A stretch of DNA of 32,000 nt from Nitrososphaerota archaeon (GTDB lineage: Archaea; Thermoproteota; Nitrososphaeria; Nitrososphaerales; UBA57), in contig JABUBF010000006.1 of the NCBI GenBank assembly GCA_013306035.1, positions 30,001 to 62,000 of the forward strand. Direction: 5' to 3'. A program made the translations under genes and the position numbers. Below are positions 15,612 through 24,202 of this stretch, one piece after another. The first letter of the stretch is position 1, and each line of letters opens with the position of its first letter. Below the pieces are notes generated by a model, which worked only from the letters and a program-made list of their open reading frames with translations, was not told the DNA's origin and ran no database searches.

Positions 15612-16633
15612 TCTAATTCCACTTCTCCTAAGAAAATTAATGAATCTATTAATCCTTCTGCATATCCAATACTAAGTATTGCCAATTCAAATCGTTCTTC
15701 ATCTTTAAATCTCTCTGCATCATCAATGTATGCATCTATGTTCTTGAATAAATCAGTATATCTCTTTTCATTATTTGTCATCTCTCTTATTTTATTTAGT
15801 GTATTTCTTGCTTTTGGAATATATTTATCTAACATATCTATAGAGATTGATTTAATATTAATTGAATTATTTGTAATCTCTTCTTCTTTTATTCCAAATA
15901 ATTGAACTAATGCTTCTACCTCTGTAAAATGAAGTTTACTTGGTATAATTATTGTATAAGGCGGTTTATCATATTGTTTTTTTAATAATTCATTTATTGT
16001 TCCACAATATATTTTTTGTTTACCCATCCCGATTCTTGAAGCAATAATTATCATACTTGATTTATTAATTACTTGTTTCTTTTGTTCTTTTTCAATACCT
16101 AATAATTGCTTTATTGCCTCGATTGGATCCAAATATTCATCTTCATCAAGATTGTATTCTAATAAAACTGTTGAATGTAATTCTGATAATAAATTTTTTA
16201 AAATTACATCATATACTGATAACGGTGCAACTTTCGATTTGGTCATTAATGTTGTTATTCTTCCAAATTTGTATGAATGTAATCCTGTTTCTCCAGGCAG
16301 AACTGTTGTAATTGAACTATTATGTAATATTTGTGTATGTATTCCTGCTTTTTCTGCGCGCATTCTTAAATCCATGTGTGTAGTTGCAATCATTGGATTC
16401 CCATAAGTCAATAACACTACTGTATTATTTTTTGATTCTTCAATAATCTTATTTCCATTCTCTATAAATTCTCTTCCTACTTGTTCATATTGGAAGTCGA
16501 ATTTATATTCATTATAAGGCATTGGAGGGCTCGTATATCTCTCAAAATAGATTTTATCTGCATTTTTTATTGTTTCTATAATCTCTCGAGTTATTGTATT
16601 CTCATTTAGTCCAAGTCCTGCAAAAATTATCAT
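15605..16633 (-). CDS. dphB: Diphthine synthase (DphB/Dph5) with a C-terminal DUF357-like helical domain
   Basis: The N-terminus MIIFAGLGLNENTITREIIETIKNADKIYFERYTS is typical of the tetrapyrrole-methylase-fold diphthine synthase. The protein is 342 aa, against roughly 260 aa for typical archaeal DphB. The last 85 aa or so (KYIPKARNTL...YIDDAERFKDEERFELAILSIGYAEGLIDSL) resemble the DUF357 pattern (Y..DA..F...gd...A.....YA.GwLDa). Confidence 0.8.
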   Translation of the reverse strand: MIIFAGLGLNENTITREIIETIKNADKIYFERYTSPPMPYNEYKFDFQYEQVGREFIENGNKIIEESKNNTVVLLTYGNPMIATTHMDLRMRAEKAGIHTQILHNSSITTVLPGETGLHSYKFGRITTLMTKSKVAPLSVYDVILKNLLSELHSTVLLEYNLDEDEYLDPIEAIKQLLGIEKEQKKQVINKSSMIIIASRIGMGKQKIYCGTINELLKKQYDKPPYTIIIPSKLHFTEVEALVQLFGIKEEEITNNSINIKSISIDMLDKYIPKARNTLNKIREMTNNEKRYTDLFKNIDAYIDDAERFKDEERFELAILSIGYAEGLIDSLIFLGEVELEW

Positions 16634-16694
16634 ATTCTTTCTAATTATATCGAAGGAAAATGTTCAATAAAAAGTACATTGCAAGAATAACATT

Positions 16695-16803
16695 GGGTCT
16701 GTGGCTCAGCCAGGCAGTATTTATGCCTAAAGCGGCTGGCTCTTAACCAGATATGTCTTTGACATAGGTGAATAAGTCGTGGGTTCAAATCCCACCAGAC
16801 CCG
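16695..16803 (+). tRNA. tRNA-Lys (anticodon CUU), 109 nt gene with two inferred non-canonical insertions
   Basis: - Acceptor stem: GGGTCTG / CAGACCC, discriminator G.
- D arm: GCTC AGCCAGGCAG[13 nt, 16718-16730]AGC.
- Anticodon arm: GCTGG CTCTTAA CCAG[22 nt, 16751-16772]T, with the anticodon at 16742-16744.
- Variable loop and T arm: AAGTC, then GTGGG TTCAAAT CCCAC. Confidence 0.8.
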
Positions 16804-16974
16804 CTAATAACTTCCTTCTGCTAACGGCCTTAGGTGTCTTTTCCAAGATGTCGTATTACATTTATTACAATTATACAAAGACTTTCCTTTTCTCATCATT
16901 ACATCTTTCTGTTTAATTATTGTATGTGTTGTTTTTGTCATACAATTACTACAATGTCTTTTTTCATTTATCAA
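16804..16974 (-). CDS. Candidate small zinc-ribbon protein (56 codons from TTG 16974; 45 codons from ATG 16941)
   Basis: It is absent from the ORF track because it is under 60 aa. The minus strand reads (TTG)INEKRHCSNCMTKTTHTIIKQKDVMMRKGKSLYNCNKCNTTSWKRHLRPLAEGSY*, with two CxxC pairs 24 residues apart. It is in the same frame as rfcS, two sense codons after the rfcS TGA. Its stop codon (16804-16806) abuts the tRNA-Lys 3' end. Confidence 0.35.
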   Translation of the reverse strand: MINEKRHCSNCMTKTTHTIIKQKDVMMRKGKSLYNCNKCNTTSWKRHLRPLAEGSY

Positions 16975-16980
16975 TTTGAT

Positions 16981-17943
16981 TCATTTTTTTCTTAAATTAG
17001 AAATCTCTGCTAATAGAGCTGTTAACTGAATATCTGGATTCGAACCTGTTATTATTCTGTAATCATATTTCGCTAATATTTCAATTAATTCCTTAATCTC
17101 TTTATACTTATTTTTGTTTATTGCTTCATTCATATATTTCAGGAAATCCTTTTCCGATAATCCATATATATTTGTTAATGCAGACATCTTTTCTCTTGCC
17201 ACATTGAAATCATTATCTAGCGCTAATTCTAATATTTCTTCAATCTTAATTTTGAATGAATGACCTGTAGCTTTATCAATATTCTTCATATTGATATTTC
17301 CTAAAGAAGAACATGATTGCAATAAATTAATTGCAGATCTAAGATCTCCATTTGTTATGTTGAATATCTCTAGTAATGCTTGTTTCTCAAATATTATTTT
17401 CTCTTTTTCACAAATTAATTCTAAATGTTTAACTAATTCATTTTCTTCTATTCTTGTAAAACTAAATAATGCACATCTACTTTGTATTGGTTCAATTATG
17501 TTTGAAATATAGTTTCCAATTAATATAAATCTACAAGCCTTTGACGTTTCTTCCATTATTCTTCTTAATGCTGTTTGTGCATCATTAGTCATTTCATCTG
17601 CTTCATCAAGTATGATCATCTTAAATGGAATCTTCTCTCGATTATCTGCATATCTTGCAAATGTTTTCACTCGATTTCTTATTGTATTTATCCCTCTTTC
17701 ATCTGATGCATTTAATAATATAGAATAATCTTGCCAATTATTACCTAGAATGGATTTTGCAATGATTATGCCTAGTGTTGTTTTTCCTGTTCCTGGAGGA
17801 CCTGTAAACAATAAATGCGGCATTGACGAAGAATTTTTTATAATTGGTTTTAGCCTTTTTATCGTTGATTCTTGATTAATAAATTCAGTCATCTTCGATG
17901 GCCTATATTTTTCAACCCACATTAAATCGTTTATTTCATTCAT
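16981..17943 (-). CDS. rfcS: Replication factor C small subunit
   Basis: WVEKYRP box, Walker A GPPGTGKTT, Walker B ILDEADEMT and SRC motif QSRCALFSF. At 320 aa there is no intein-sized insertion. Confidence 0.9.
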   Translation of the reverse strand: MNEINDLMWVEKYRPSKMTEFINQESTIKRLKPIIKNSSSMPHLLFTGPPGTGKTTLGIIIAKSILGNNWQDYSILLNASDERGINTIRNRVKTFARYADNREKIPFKMIILDEADEMTNDAQTALRRIMEETSKACRFILIGNYISNIIEPIQSRCALFSFTRIEENELVKHLELICEKEKIIFEKQALLEIFNITNGDLRSAINLLQSCSSLGNINMKNIDKATGHSFKIKIEEILELALDNDFNVAREKMSALTNIYGLSEKDFLKYMNEAINKNKYKEIKELIEILAKYDYRIITGSNPDIQLTALLAEISNLRKK

Positions 17944-18067
17944 CTTGTTTAATCAGCCTTAATTTTTCATAATATTCAATATTACTTATCCTTGTCTACT
18001 CTATTTGAGTTGATGTACAATCTCAGCTGTCATAAATCCCTAAGTACGTTGTATCAGTATATAGAAT

Positions 18068-18634
18068 ATGTCATTTGGCACAGAAAATTCAATTGCTAGT
18101 ATGATGAATGACTTACAAGTTGAATCAGAATTATCTCTTGTAAAGGTAATTGCTATTGATGATATTGACGAAATCGAAATAGGAGGTTTTAAAATAGAAT
18201 ATAAAGAAACTGATTCTAAATTTGATGTACCTAGATGGGTTGCATGTATATTAGTAGAAAAAAATTTAGTTAAACTTGCAGACGTTGGAATTGAAATTGA
18301 AGTAATTAATGCTATATCTAAAGAAAAAATGCTCGGCGTACATAAATTATCTGAATTAAAACCTAATTTATATAAAAAAATAAACTTTTTATTGAAAAAT
18401 CTTCGTTCTAAACTGGATAATGATCGAGAATTATCTTTGGAATATGATAAAATATCTACTTCTGTTTACGACTTAATTAACATAAGAATTAATAAAATTA
18501 TTTCTCTTGCTTCATTACCTTTTCCTCCTGACGACATTCAAAAATTAATTACTCCTGAAGAATATTTGTTGTTTGACACTGTTCGCTCAAATATTCATGA
18601 GTGGCGTAAATTAATGATTGGAGATGAGTTCTGA
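18068..18634 (+). CDS. GINS complex subunit (probably Gins23 type, judged from its position upstream of mcm)
   Basis: A 188-aa protein. The motif DVPRWVACILVEKNLVKL resembles the GINS (l)PrW.A..L...g.a segment. Its stop overlaps the mcm start (TGATG at 18632-18636), the conserved archaeal gins-mcm arrangement. Confidence 0.55.
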   Translation: MSFGTENSIASMMNDLQVESELSLVKVIAIDDIDEIEIGGFKIEYKETDSKFDVPRWVACILVEKNLVKLADVGIEIEVINAISKEKMLGVHKLSELKPNLYKKINFLLKNLRSKLDNDRELSLEYDKISTSVYDLINIRINKIISLASLPFPPDDIQKLITPEEYLLFDTVRSNIHEWRKLMIGDEF

Positions 18635-20712
18635 TGGAACAATCTATTGGAACACATGCTAGTTGGAATGATACATTTGTAAGATTTATAAAAAACTTTA
18701 AAGATAAATCACAAGTATTAAAATACCAAAAATCTTTATCTAAAATGGTTTATGATAATTCTAAATCATTAATTGTTGATTTTGAAGACCTTCTCTTGTT
18801 TGATCATGAAATTTCAACCATTTTAATCGAAAGGCCCGACGAAGTTCTTTTTCAATTCAATTTAGCTGTAAAAGAATCATTATATTCAGTTAATTCTGAA
18901 TACACTGAATCTATTAAAAATGATATTCAAGTTAGAATTAGATCACTTCCTGATCAAGTTCCCTTACGTGATGTATCCAGTAAAAATTTACACCGTTTAA
19001 TATCTGTCGAAGGCTTGGTTGTAAGGACTTCAGAATTAAAACCATTAGCTACTAAAGCAGCTTTTTCGTGTTTTAAATGCGGTGAAACTAATATTGTTCC
19101 TCAAATTACGCCCATATTGGTTAAACCTTCGACATGTATCACTCCTGATTGCACGGAAACGAAAAATTTTGTATTTAATGAAAAAGAATCTAGCTATCAG
19201 GATTATCAATTAATTCGTATTCAGGAATTACCTGAAGAATTACCTCCTGGACAATTACCCCAATCTTCTGATGTACATCTTACTAGTGAAATGGTAAATA
19301 TTGCTCGTCCAGGCGATCGTTTAAACTTGACCGGTGTTGTAAGAATTGATCAGCCAGAATCACGAGGTAATGAAGTATCATCAATTTTTAGATCCAAGAT
19401 TGAAGGAAATTATATTGACGTTGAATCTAAAGGTCCTGAAGATATTGAATTAACTAAAGACGAAGAGGAAATTATAACTGACTTTTCTAAAGATCCTGAT
19501 GCATATGAAAAATTAATTCAATCTGTTGCTCCAAACATTCAGGGATTGGATCTACAAAAGGAAGCTGTTTTACTTATGTTGATTGGCTCTCCAAGTAAAA
19601 CTACTGAAGATGGTAGCTCAACTCGTGGCGACATAAATATTCTATTCATTGGAGATCCAGGAACTGCAAAAAGTGAATTACTGAAATATGCTTCTAGACT
19701 TGCACCTCGTGGTTTATACGCATCTGGTAAAGGTTCTACTGCTGCAGGTTTAACTGCCGCTGTAGTAAGAGAAAGAACTGGTATGATGATGCTCGAAGCA
19801 GGAACAGTAGTGCTTGCCGATAAGGGCATTGCCTGTATTGATGAATTCGATAAAATGAGAAATGAAGATCGTACTGCACTACATGAGGCTATGGAACAAC
19901 AAACTGTCAGTATTGCAAAAGGTGGAATTAATGCTACTCTTAATGCCCGTACTGCAATTCTTGCAGCCGCTAATCCTGAATTTGGTAGTTATGATAAATA
20001 TAAAACTTTTAAAGATCAAACTAATATAGACACGCCTTTATTGACTCGTTTTGATTTAATATTTGTAATAAGAGATACTCCTAATATTCCTCGTGATGAA
20101 AAACTTGCTAAACATATTTTGGATATATATGAGACTGGAAAAATAAAAGATGATGTCCCGCTTGGATTTGATTTACTTAAGAAATACATTAGTTATGCAA
20201 AAAACATTACTCCTAAAATATCTCCTGAGGCAAAAAAATTAATTCAGGATTATTATGTCAAAACTCGACAATCTCCTGCAAAAGACGACGAGGGAAATCC
20301 AGGCATTCCTATCACTCCTCGTGCTTTGGAAGGTATGGTTCGTCTTGCGTCTGCTCGAGCACGTGCATTATTTAGGGACATAGTTACTGAAGAGGATGCC
20401 GAATTTGCTAGAAATCTAGTTAGAGCTATGTACGAATCTGTTGGAACAGATCCAGAGACTGGCGAAGTTGATTTTGGAATAATGTATGGTAAACCTGTTA
20501 GCGAAAGAAGTAAACTCGAAACGTCTCTAAGTATGTTTGAAGAACTTGAAAAAGAATCTACTAAAAATCTAGTTGATAAAGATGAATTTATCCAAAAATT
20601 AATTGATACAGGTAAATTTACTTCTACTGAAGCAAGAAAATACTTTAAAAATATGAGTGATAGTGGGCAAATCTATAATGTACAAGATAATTTATATCGT
20701 AAGGTAAATTAG
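18634..20712 (+). CDS. mcm: Minichromosome maintenance (MCM) replicative helicase
   Basis: Zn motif CFKCG...CITPDC, Walker A GDPGTAKS, Walker B CIDEFDKM and arginine finger TRFDLIF, plus a C-terminal wHTH region. At 692 aa there is no intein. Confidence 0.95.
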   Translation: MEQSIGTHASWNDTFVRFIKNFKDKSQVLKYQKSLSKMVYDNSKSLIVDFEDLLLFDHEISTILIERPDEVLFQFNLAVKESLYSVNSEYTESIKNDIQVRIRSLPDQVPLRDVSSKNLHRLISVEGLVVRTSELKPLATKAAFSCFKCGETNIVPQITPILVKPSTCITPDCTETKNFVFNEKESSYQDYQLIRIQELPEELPPGQLPQSSDVHLTSEMVNIARPGDRLNLTGVVRIDQPESRGNEVSSIFRSKIEGNYIDVESKGPEDIELTKDEEEIITDFSKDPDAYEKLIQSVAPNIQGLDLQKEAVLLMLIGSPSKTTEDGSSTRGDINILFIGDPGTAKSELLKYASRLAPRGLYASGKGSTAAGLTAAVVRERTGMMMLEAGTVVLADKGIACIDEFDKMRNEDRTALHEAMEQQTVSIAKGGINATLNARTAILAAANPEFGSYDKYKTFKDQTNIDTPLLTRFDLIFVIRDTPNIPRDEKLAKHILDIYETGKIKDDVPLGFDLLKKYISYAKNITPKISPEAKKLIQDYYVKTRQSPAKDDEGNPGIPITPRALEGMVRLASARARALFRDIVTEEDAEFARNLVRAMYESVGTDPETGEVDFGIMYGKPVSERSKLETSLSMFEELEKESTKNLVDKDEFIQKLIDTGKFTSTEARKYFKNMSDSGQIYNVQDNLYRKVN

Positions 20713-20721
20713 ATATCTTGT

Positions 20722-22905
20722 TTGAACATATCTTCACTTGATTTATCTGAAACCTCAATCCAATTTTTACATAATCAGGGTTTTAAAACTCTTTATCCAC
20801 CACAAGCAGACTGTATAAAAACTGGATTACTTGAAAATAATAATCTTATAGTCTCCACTCCTACTGCAAGCGGAAAAACTTTAGTAGCAATTATCTCTGC
20901 ACTTCAACATATCGAAAATGAAGGAAAAATTATTTATCTGTCTCCTTTACGAGCACTTGCAAGCGAAAAATATAATGATTTTAAAAAATTAGAAAGTCTT
21001 TCAAAACCTAACGGCTCATCAATAAAAGTTAGCATTTCTACTGGTGATTTCGAATCAAATAGCGAATACCTTAAAAATTCTGATATAATTATTCTTACAA
21101 ATGAAAAATTTGATTCACTTCAACGGCATGGAATTAAATGGCTCTCTCAAGTTAGTCTAATTGTTATTGACGAAATTCATCTTATAGGTGATTCTTATCG
21201 TGGTCCAACATTGGAAATGATAATTGCTAAAATGCTTATTTCTGAGCATTCTCCACAAATTCTTGGATTGAGCGCTACAATAAACAATGTAGAAGAGATC
21301 TCTGATTGGATTGGTGCTAAACCTGTTGTATCAAATTGGAGGCCTGTCGCTTTATCTGAGGGAGTGTTCTGTTTCGGCCAGATTGATTTCAAAGATGGTA
21401 ATCCGCCAATCGATATTGAGAATTCTGGTGAAGGCACTGCCATTGATATTGCAATTGACATGGTTAAACAAAATGGTCAAAGTATAATATTCACTGAAAC
21501 ACGAAAACGTGCTTCCAGTCTTGCAAAAAAAATTGAAAAGATGATGCCATTGCTTTTGACCCAAGAACAATCAAAAGAATTATCTGAACTTTCTCAATTA
21601 TTAGACAAAAAAGACGATAAAAATACTGATATGAAGAAATTACTTGTTGAGTTGATTAAACATGGAGTGGCATTTCACCACGCTGGAGTAGGCAATGTAC
21701 CACGACAAATCATTGAATCTGGTTTTCGTGACAGAAAAATTAAGATCATTTGCGCAACTCCCACCCTTGCAGCAGGCGTTAATCTTCCCGCAAGACGTGT
21801 AGTTCTGAGTAGCTATCTTAGATACGATATGCAATACGGAGGAATGTCTCCTATTTCTGTTCTGGATTATAAACAAATGTGTGGTCGTGCTGGTAGGCCT
21901 CAATATGACGATAAAGGAGAAACGATCCTGATTGCTAATAATGAATCAGAAAAGGATTCATTATTTGATCATTATATTAATGGCGATATTGAAGATATTG
22001 AATCTGCATTAAGTAACGAAGATTCATTACGAACCCATCTTCTTGCTACTATATCGTCTAGTCCATTTGGAATATCCAAACCTAATGTATTGAAATTATT
22101 TAATAACACTCTTTACACACTTCAAAATGGAAATGACGAACTTGAATTCAAAGTTGAGGACTCTCTTGAATTCTTGTTAGATGAGAATTTCATTGAAAAA
22201 CGCAATAATAAATTTCTCTCAACTAGATTTGGTAAACAAACCTCTTTACTCTATATTAATCCATTGACGGCACGTGATTTTCGTGATGCGATAAAGTCTT
22301 CTCAAAAAGATACTGACTATGCCATGGGTATTCTTCAAGTAATCGCATCTAGTACTGATTTTGGCAGATTATTCTCGTTTAGGAAATCTGATGAATCTCC
22401 TTATTATTCATTTATCCACAAGTATCAATCTCAATTTTTTGATATCGGCCACTCTGATTCTGAATATCGCTCCACTTTTCGTATTCTTGCTGCTCTGAAT
22501 GCCTGGATTAATGAAAAAAAGGAAAATGATATTCTTAATCTTGTGGATATCGATCCTGGTGACCTGTATTTCGCTACTGAAAATACAAAATGGCTCTTAA
22601 ATGCATTCTATAAACTAACTGCTCTGTTCCAAACAAGACATCTACTTGATCCTATTTTACTTCTTCAGCTTCGTATAGAAAAAGGAATTAAATCTGAATT
22701 GAAAGAAATTATAAGTTTAGATAGAGTAGGACGTGTTTTGGGTAGAGCGTTATTTGATTCAGGATTCAAAACACGCGAGTCATTATATCTATCTTCTATT
22801 GACGATATCTCAAAAACCCCTCATCCTCTTATTACTCCTTCTTTTGCTAAAAAAATTAAAGAACAACTAAAGGATTTTGAAAGTGATGACCCCAACATAC
22901 GTTAG
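20722..22905 (+). CDS. hel308: Hel308/Hjm (Ski2-like) DNA helicase
   Basis: Motif I TPTASGKT, motif II VIDEIHLI and motif III LSATI, plus CATPTLAAGVNLPARRV and QMCGRAGRP. Size is 727 aa. It needs a TTG start at 20722. Confidence 0.9.
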   Translation: MNISSLDLSETSIQFLHNQGFKTLYPPQADCIKTGLLENNNLIVSTPTASGKTLVAIISALQHIENEGKIIYLSPLRALASEKYNDFKKLESLSKPNGSSIKVSISTGDFESNSEYLKNSDIIILTNEKFDSLQRHGIKWLSQVSLIVIDEIHLIGDSYRGPTLEMIIAKMLISEHSPQILGLSATINNVEEISDWIGAKPVVSNWRPVALSEGVFCFGQIDFKDGNPPIDIENSGEGTAIDIAIDMVKQNGQSIIFTETRKRASSLAKKIEKMMPLLLTQEQSKELSELSQLLDKKDDKNTDMKKLLVELIKHGVAFHHAGVGNVPRQIIESGFRDRKIKIICATPTLAAGVNLPARRVVLSSYLRYDMQYGGMSPISVLDYKQMCGRAGRPQYDDKGETILIANNESEKDSLFDHYINGDIEDIESALSNEDSLRTHLLATISSSPFGISKPNVLKLFNNTLYTLQNGNDELEFKVEDSLEFLLDENFIEKRNNKFLSTRFGKQTSLLYINPLTARDFRDAIKSSQKDTDYAMGILQVIASSTDFGRLFSFRKSDESPYYSFIHKYQSQFFDIGHSDSEYRSTFRILAALNAWINEKKENDILNLVDIDPGDLYFATENTKWLLNAFYKLTALFQTRHLLDPILLLQLRIEKGIKSELKEIISLDRVGRVLGRALFDSGFKTRESLYLSSIDDISKTPHPLITPSFAKKIKEQLKDFESDDPNIR

Positions 22906-24202
22906 AGGATTACTGTGCACTGTCAATAATGGAATAACTAGTTCTAATCTTGATTTTATGGTTCATCGTGCATGGGACGGATATTTATGTTACAACAAAC
23001 AATCAGATTATTCTATTATTAACAAATTAAATAATTTTTCTTATGAAATAATTGGTTGTCTGAGTGATTCTACTGTTCATGATGAAGAAATCTTAATTCA
23101 CGGAGAAATATATGGAAATTTTCTTCCTGTTATTGATAAAATCCTTTCTTCCAATACTGTGAATGAATTAAAATCAAATATTCAAGAACTATATCGACTT
23201 GATGGTTCTTATTGCATGGTGGTCAAAGGCAAGCTGGGTACTATTTGTTGTCGTGATCCGCTTGGTTGCAAACCTCTCTATATTGGCAAAAAAGATAATT
23301 CTATTTCCATATCTACACAAAAATCTATTTTACTTGATTCTAATTTCCAGGTTGAAGATTTTATCCCAGGAACTGCTATGATACTGGAAAATGACACTTT
23401 AATAAATTCTCGAAATCTCTCCGATCCGAAGAATTACTCTAATTATGACGCAGATATTCTATTGAATCTTTTGAGAACATCGATATCTTCTCGAATAGGT
23501 AATAAGAAAAATATCGGCGTCTCATTTTCTGGTGGAATTGATAGTTCAATTCTGATTTCTATCGCAAATGAATTCACTGAAATTAAGGCTTTTAACGTAA
23601 GAATGAAAGATTCACATGACTTTGAAAATGCAAAAAAACTTGCTAATCTGCTCGGAATTGATCTTATTGAAATTGAACCAAATAAAGATAATATTTCTGA
23701 CGATATTCCCAATATTATCTCTCTTGCTGAAATTACTCGACCTATGGATGTGAGCATTGCATTGGGTTTTTACTATGTAGCAAAAACGGCTAAAGAACAT
23801 AATACATCCACTCTTTTTGTTGGTCAACTTGCCGATGAATTATTTGGCGGCTATGCTAGATATATTCGAACTCTTTCAGAAGAAAGTCCAAAATTTGTAG
23901 CAGATATGATGAATTCTGATGTACATAATGCATATACAAAAAACTTTGAACGAGATGAGAAAATTACATCGCCTTTTGTTGATTTATTTGTTCCTTATGC
24001 TTCTTTACCTATAGTTAATTTTGCATTAAACTGTCCAATAGAATATAAAATCGATGTTGCAAATGATGTAAGAAAACTGATACTTCGTTCTGTTGCTAAA
24101 AAATTAAAACTTCCTGAAGAGATAATTTATCAAACTAAGAAAGCAATTCATTTCAGTTCTGGTATTGATAAGGTTGTTAAGAAAGCATTAAAAAATAATT
24201 AA
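22886..24202 (+). CDS. Asparagine synthase-like PP-loop amidotransferase with a degenerate or atypical N-terminal glutaminase domain
   Basis: The PP-loop is GVSFSGGIDSS. The AsnB-type N-terminal domain remnants are LDGSYCMVV...CRDPLGCKPLYIG, and the C-terminal Asn-synthase-like region is VGQLADELFGGY. ATG 22886 is chosen. TTG 22877 and GTG 22883 are also in frame. All three overlap the hel308 3' end. Confidence 0.6.
   Translation: MTPTYVRGLLCTVNNGITSSNLDFMVHRAWDGYLCYNKQSDYSIINKLNNFSYEIIGCLSDSTVHDEEILIHGEIYGNFLPVIDKILSSNTVNELKSNIQELYRLDGSYCMVVKGKLGTICCRDPLGCKPLYIGKKDNSISISTQKSILLDSNFQVEDFIPGTAMILENDTLINSRNLSDPKNYSNYDADILLNLLRTSISSRIGNKKNIGVSFSGGIDSSILISIANEFTEIKAFNVRMKDSHDFENAKKLANLLGIDLIEIEPNKDNISDDIPNIISLAEITRPMDVSIALGFYYVAKTAKEHNTSTLFVGQLADELFGGYARYIRTLSEESPKFVADMMNSDVHNAYTKNFERDEKITSPFVDLFVPYASLPIVNFALNCPIEYKIDVANDVRKLILRSVAKKLKLPEEIIYQTKKAIHFSSGIDKVVKKALKNN

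Noticed and set aside
12669-16803. A tRNA-flanked segment (C-N hydrolase, hjc-like, rbkR, ribL, dphB) as a possible integrated element.
   Set aside because: It has no integrase or transposase and no direct repeat of a tRNA 3' end. Composition and codon usage look the same as the flanks, and the content is housekeeping.
16893-16899. A C-box-like ATGATGA on the minus strand, suggesting a C/D box sRNA in the rfcS-tRNA gap.
   Set aside because: There is no CTGA D box, and no C'/D' pair, within the following 70 nt or so on that strand. The heptamer is explained as the Met-Met-Arg codons of the small zinc-ribbon ORF.
17944-18067. A possible replication origin in the 124-nt divergent spacer between rfcS and gins-mcm.
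   Set aside because: I saw no repeated ORB or mini-ORB-like elements and no long AT-only unwinding stretch. There is no adjacent orc1/cdc6 gene. The spacer is adequately explained as two divergent promoters, for example ATAAAT about 31-36 nt upstream of the gins ATG.
18634-20712. Inteins in MCM (also checked in RFC, RtcB and Hel308).
   Set aside because: Protein lengths are canonical (692, 320, 486 and 727 aa). The Walker A/B and other motifs are contiguous, with no intein-sized insertions.
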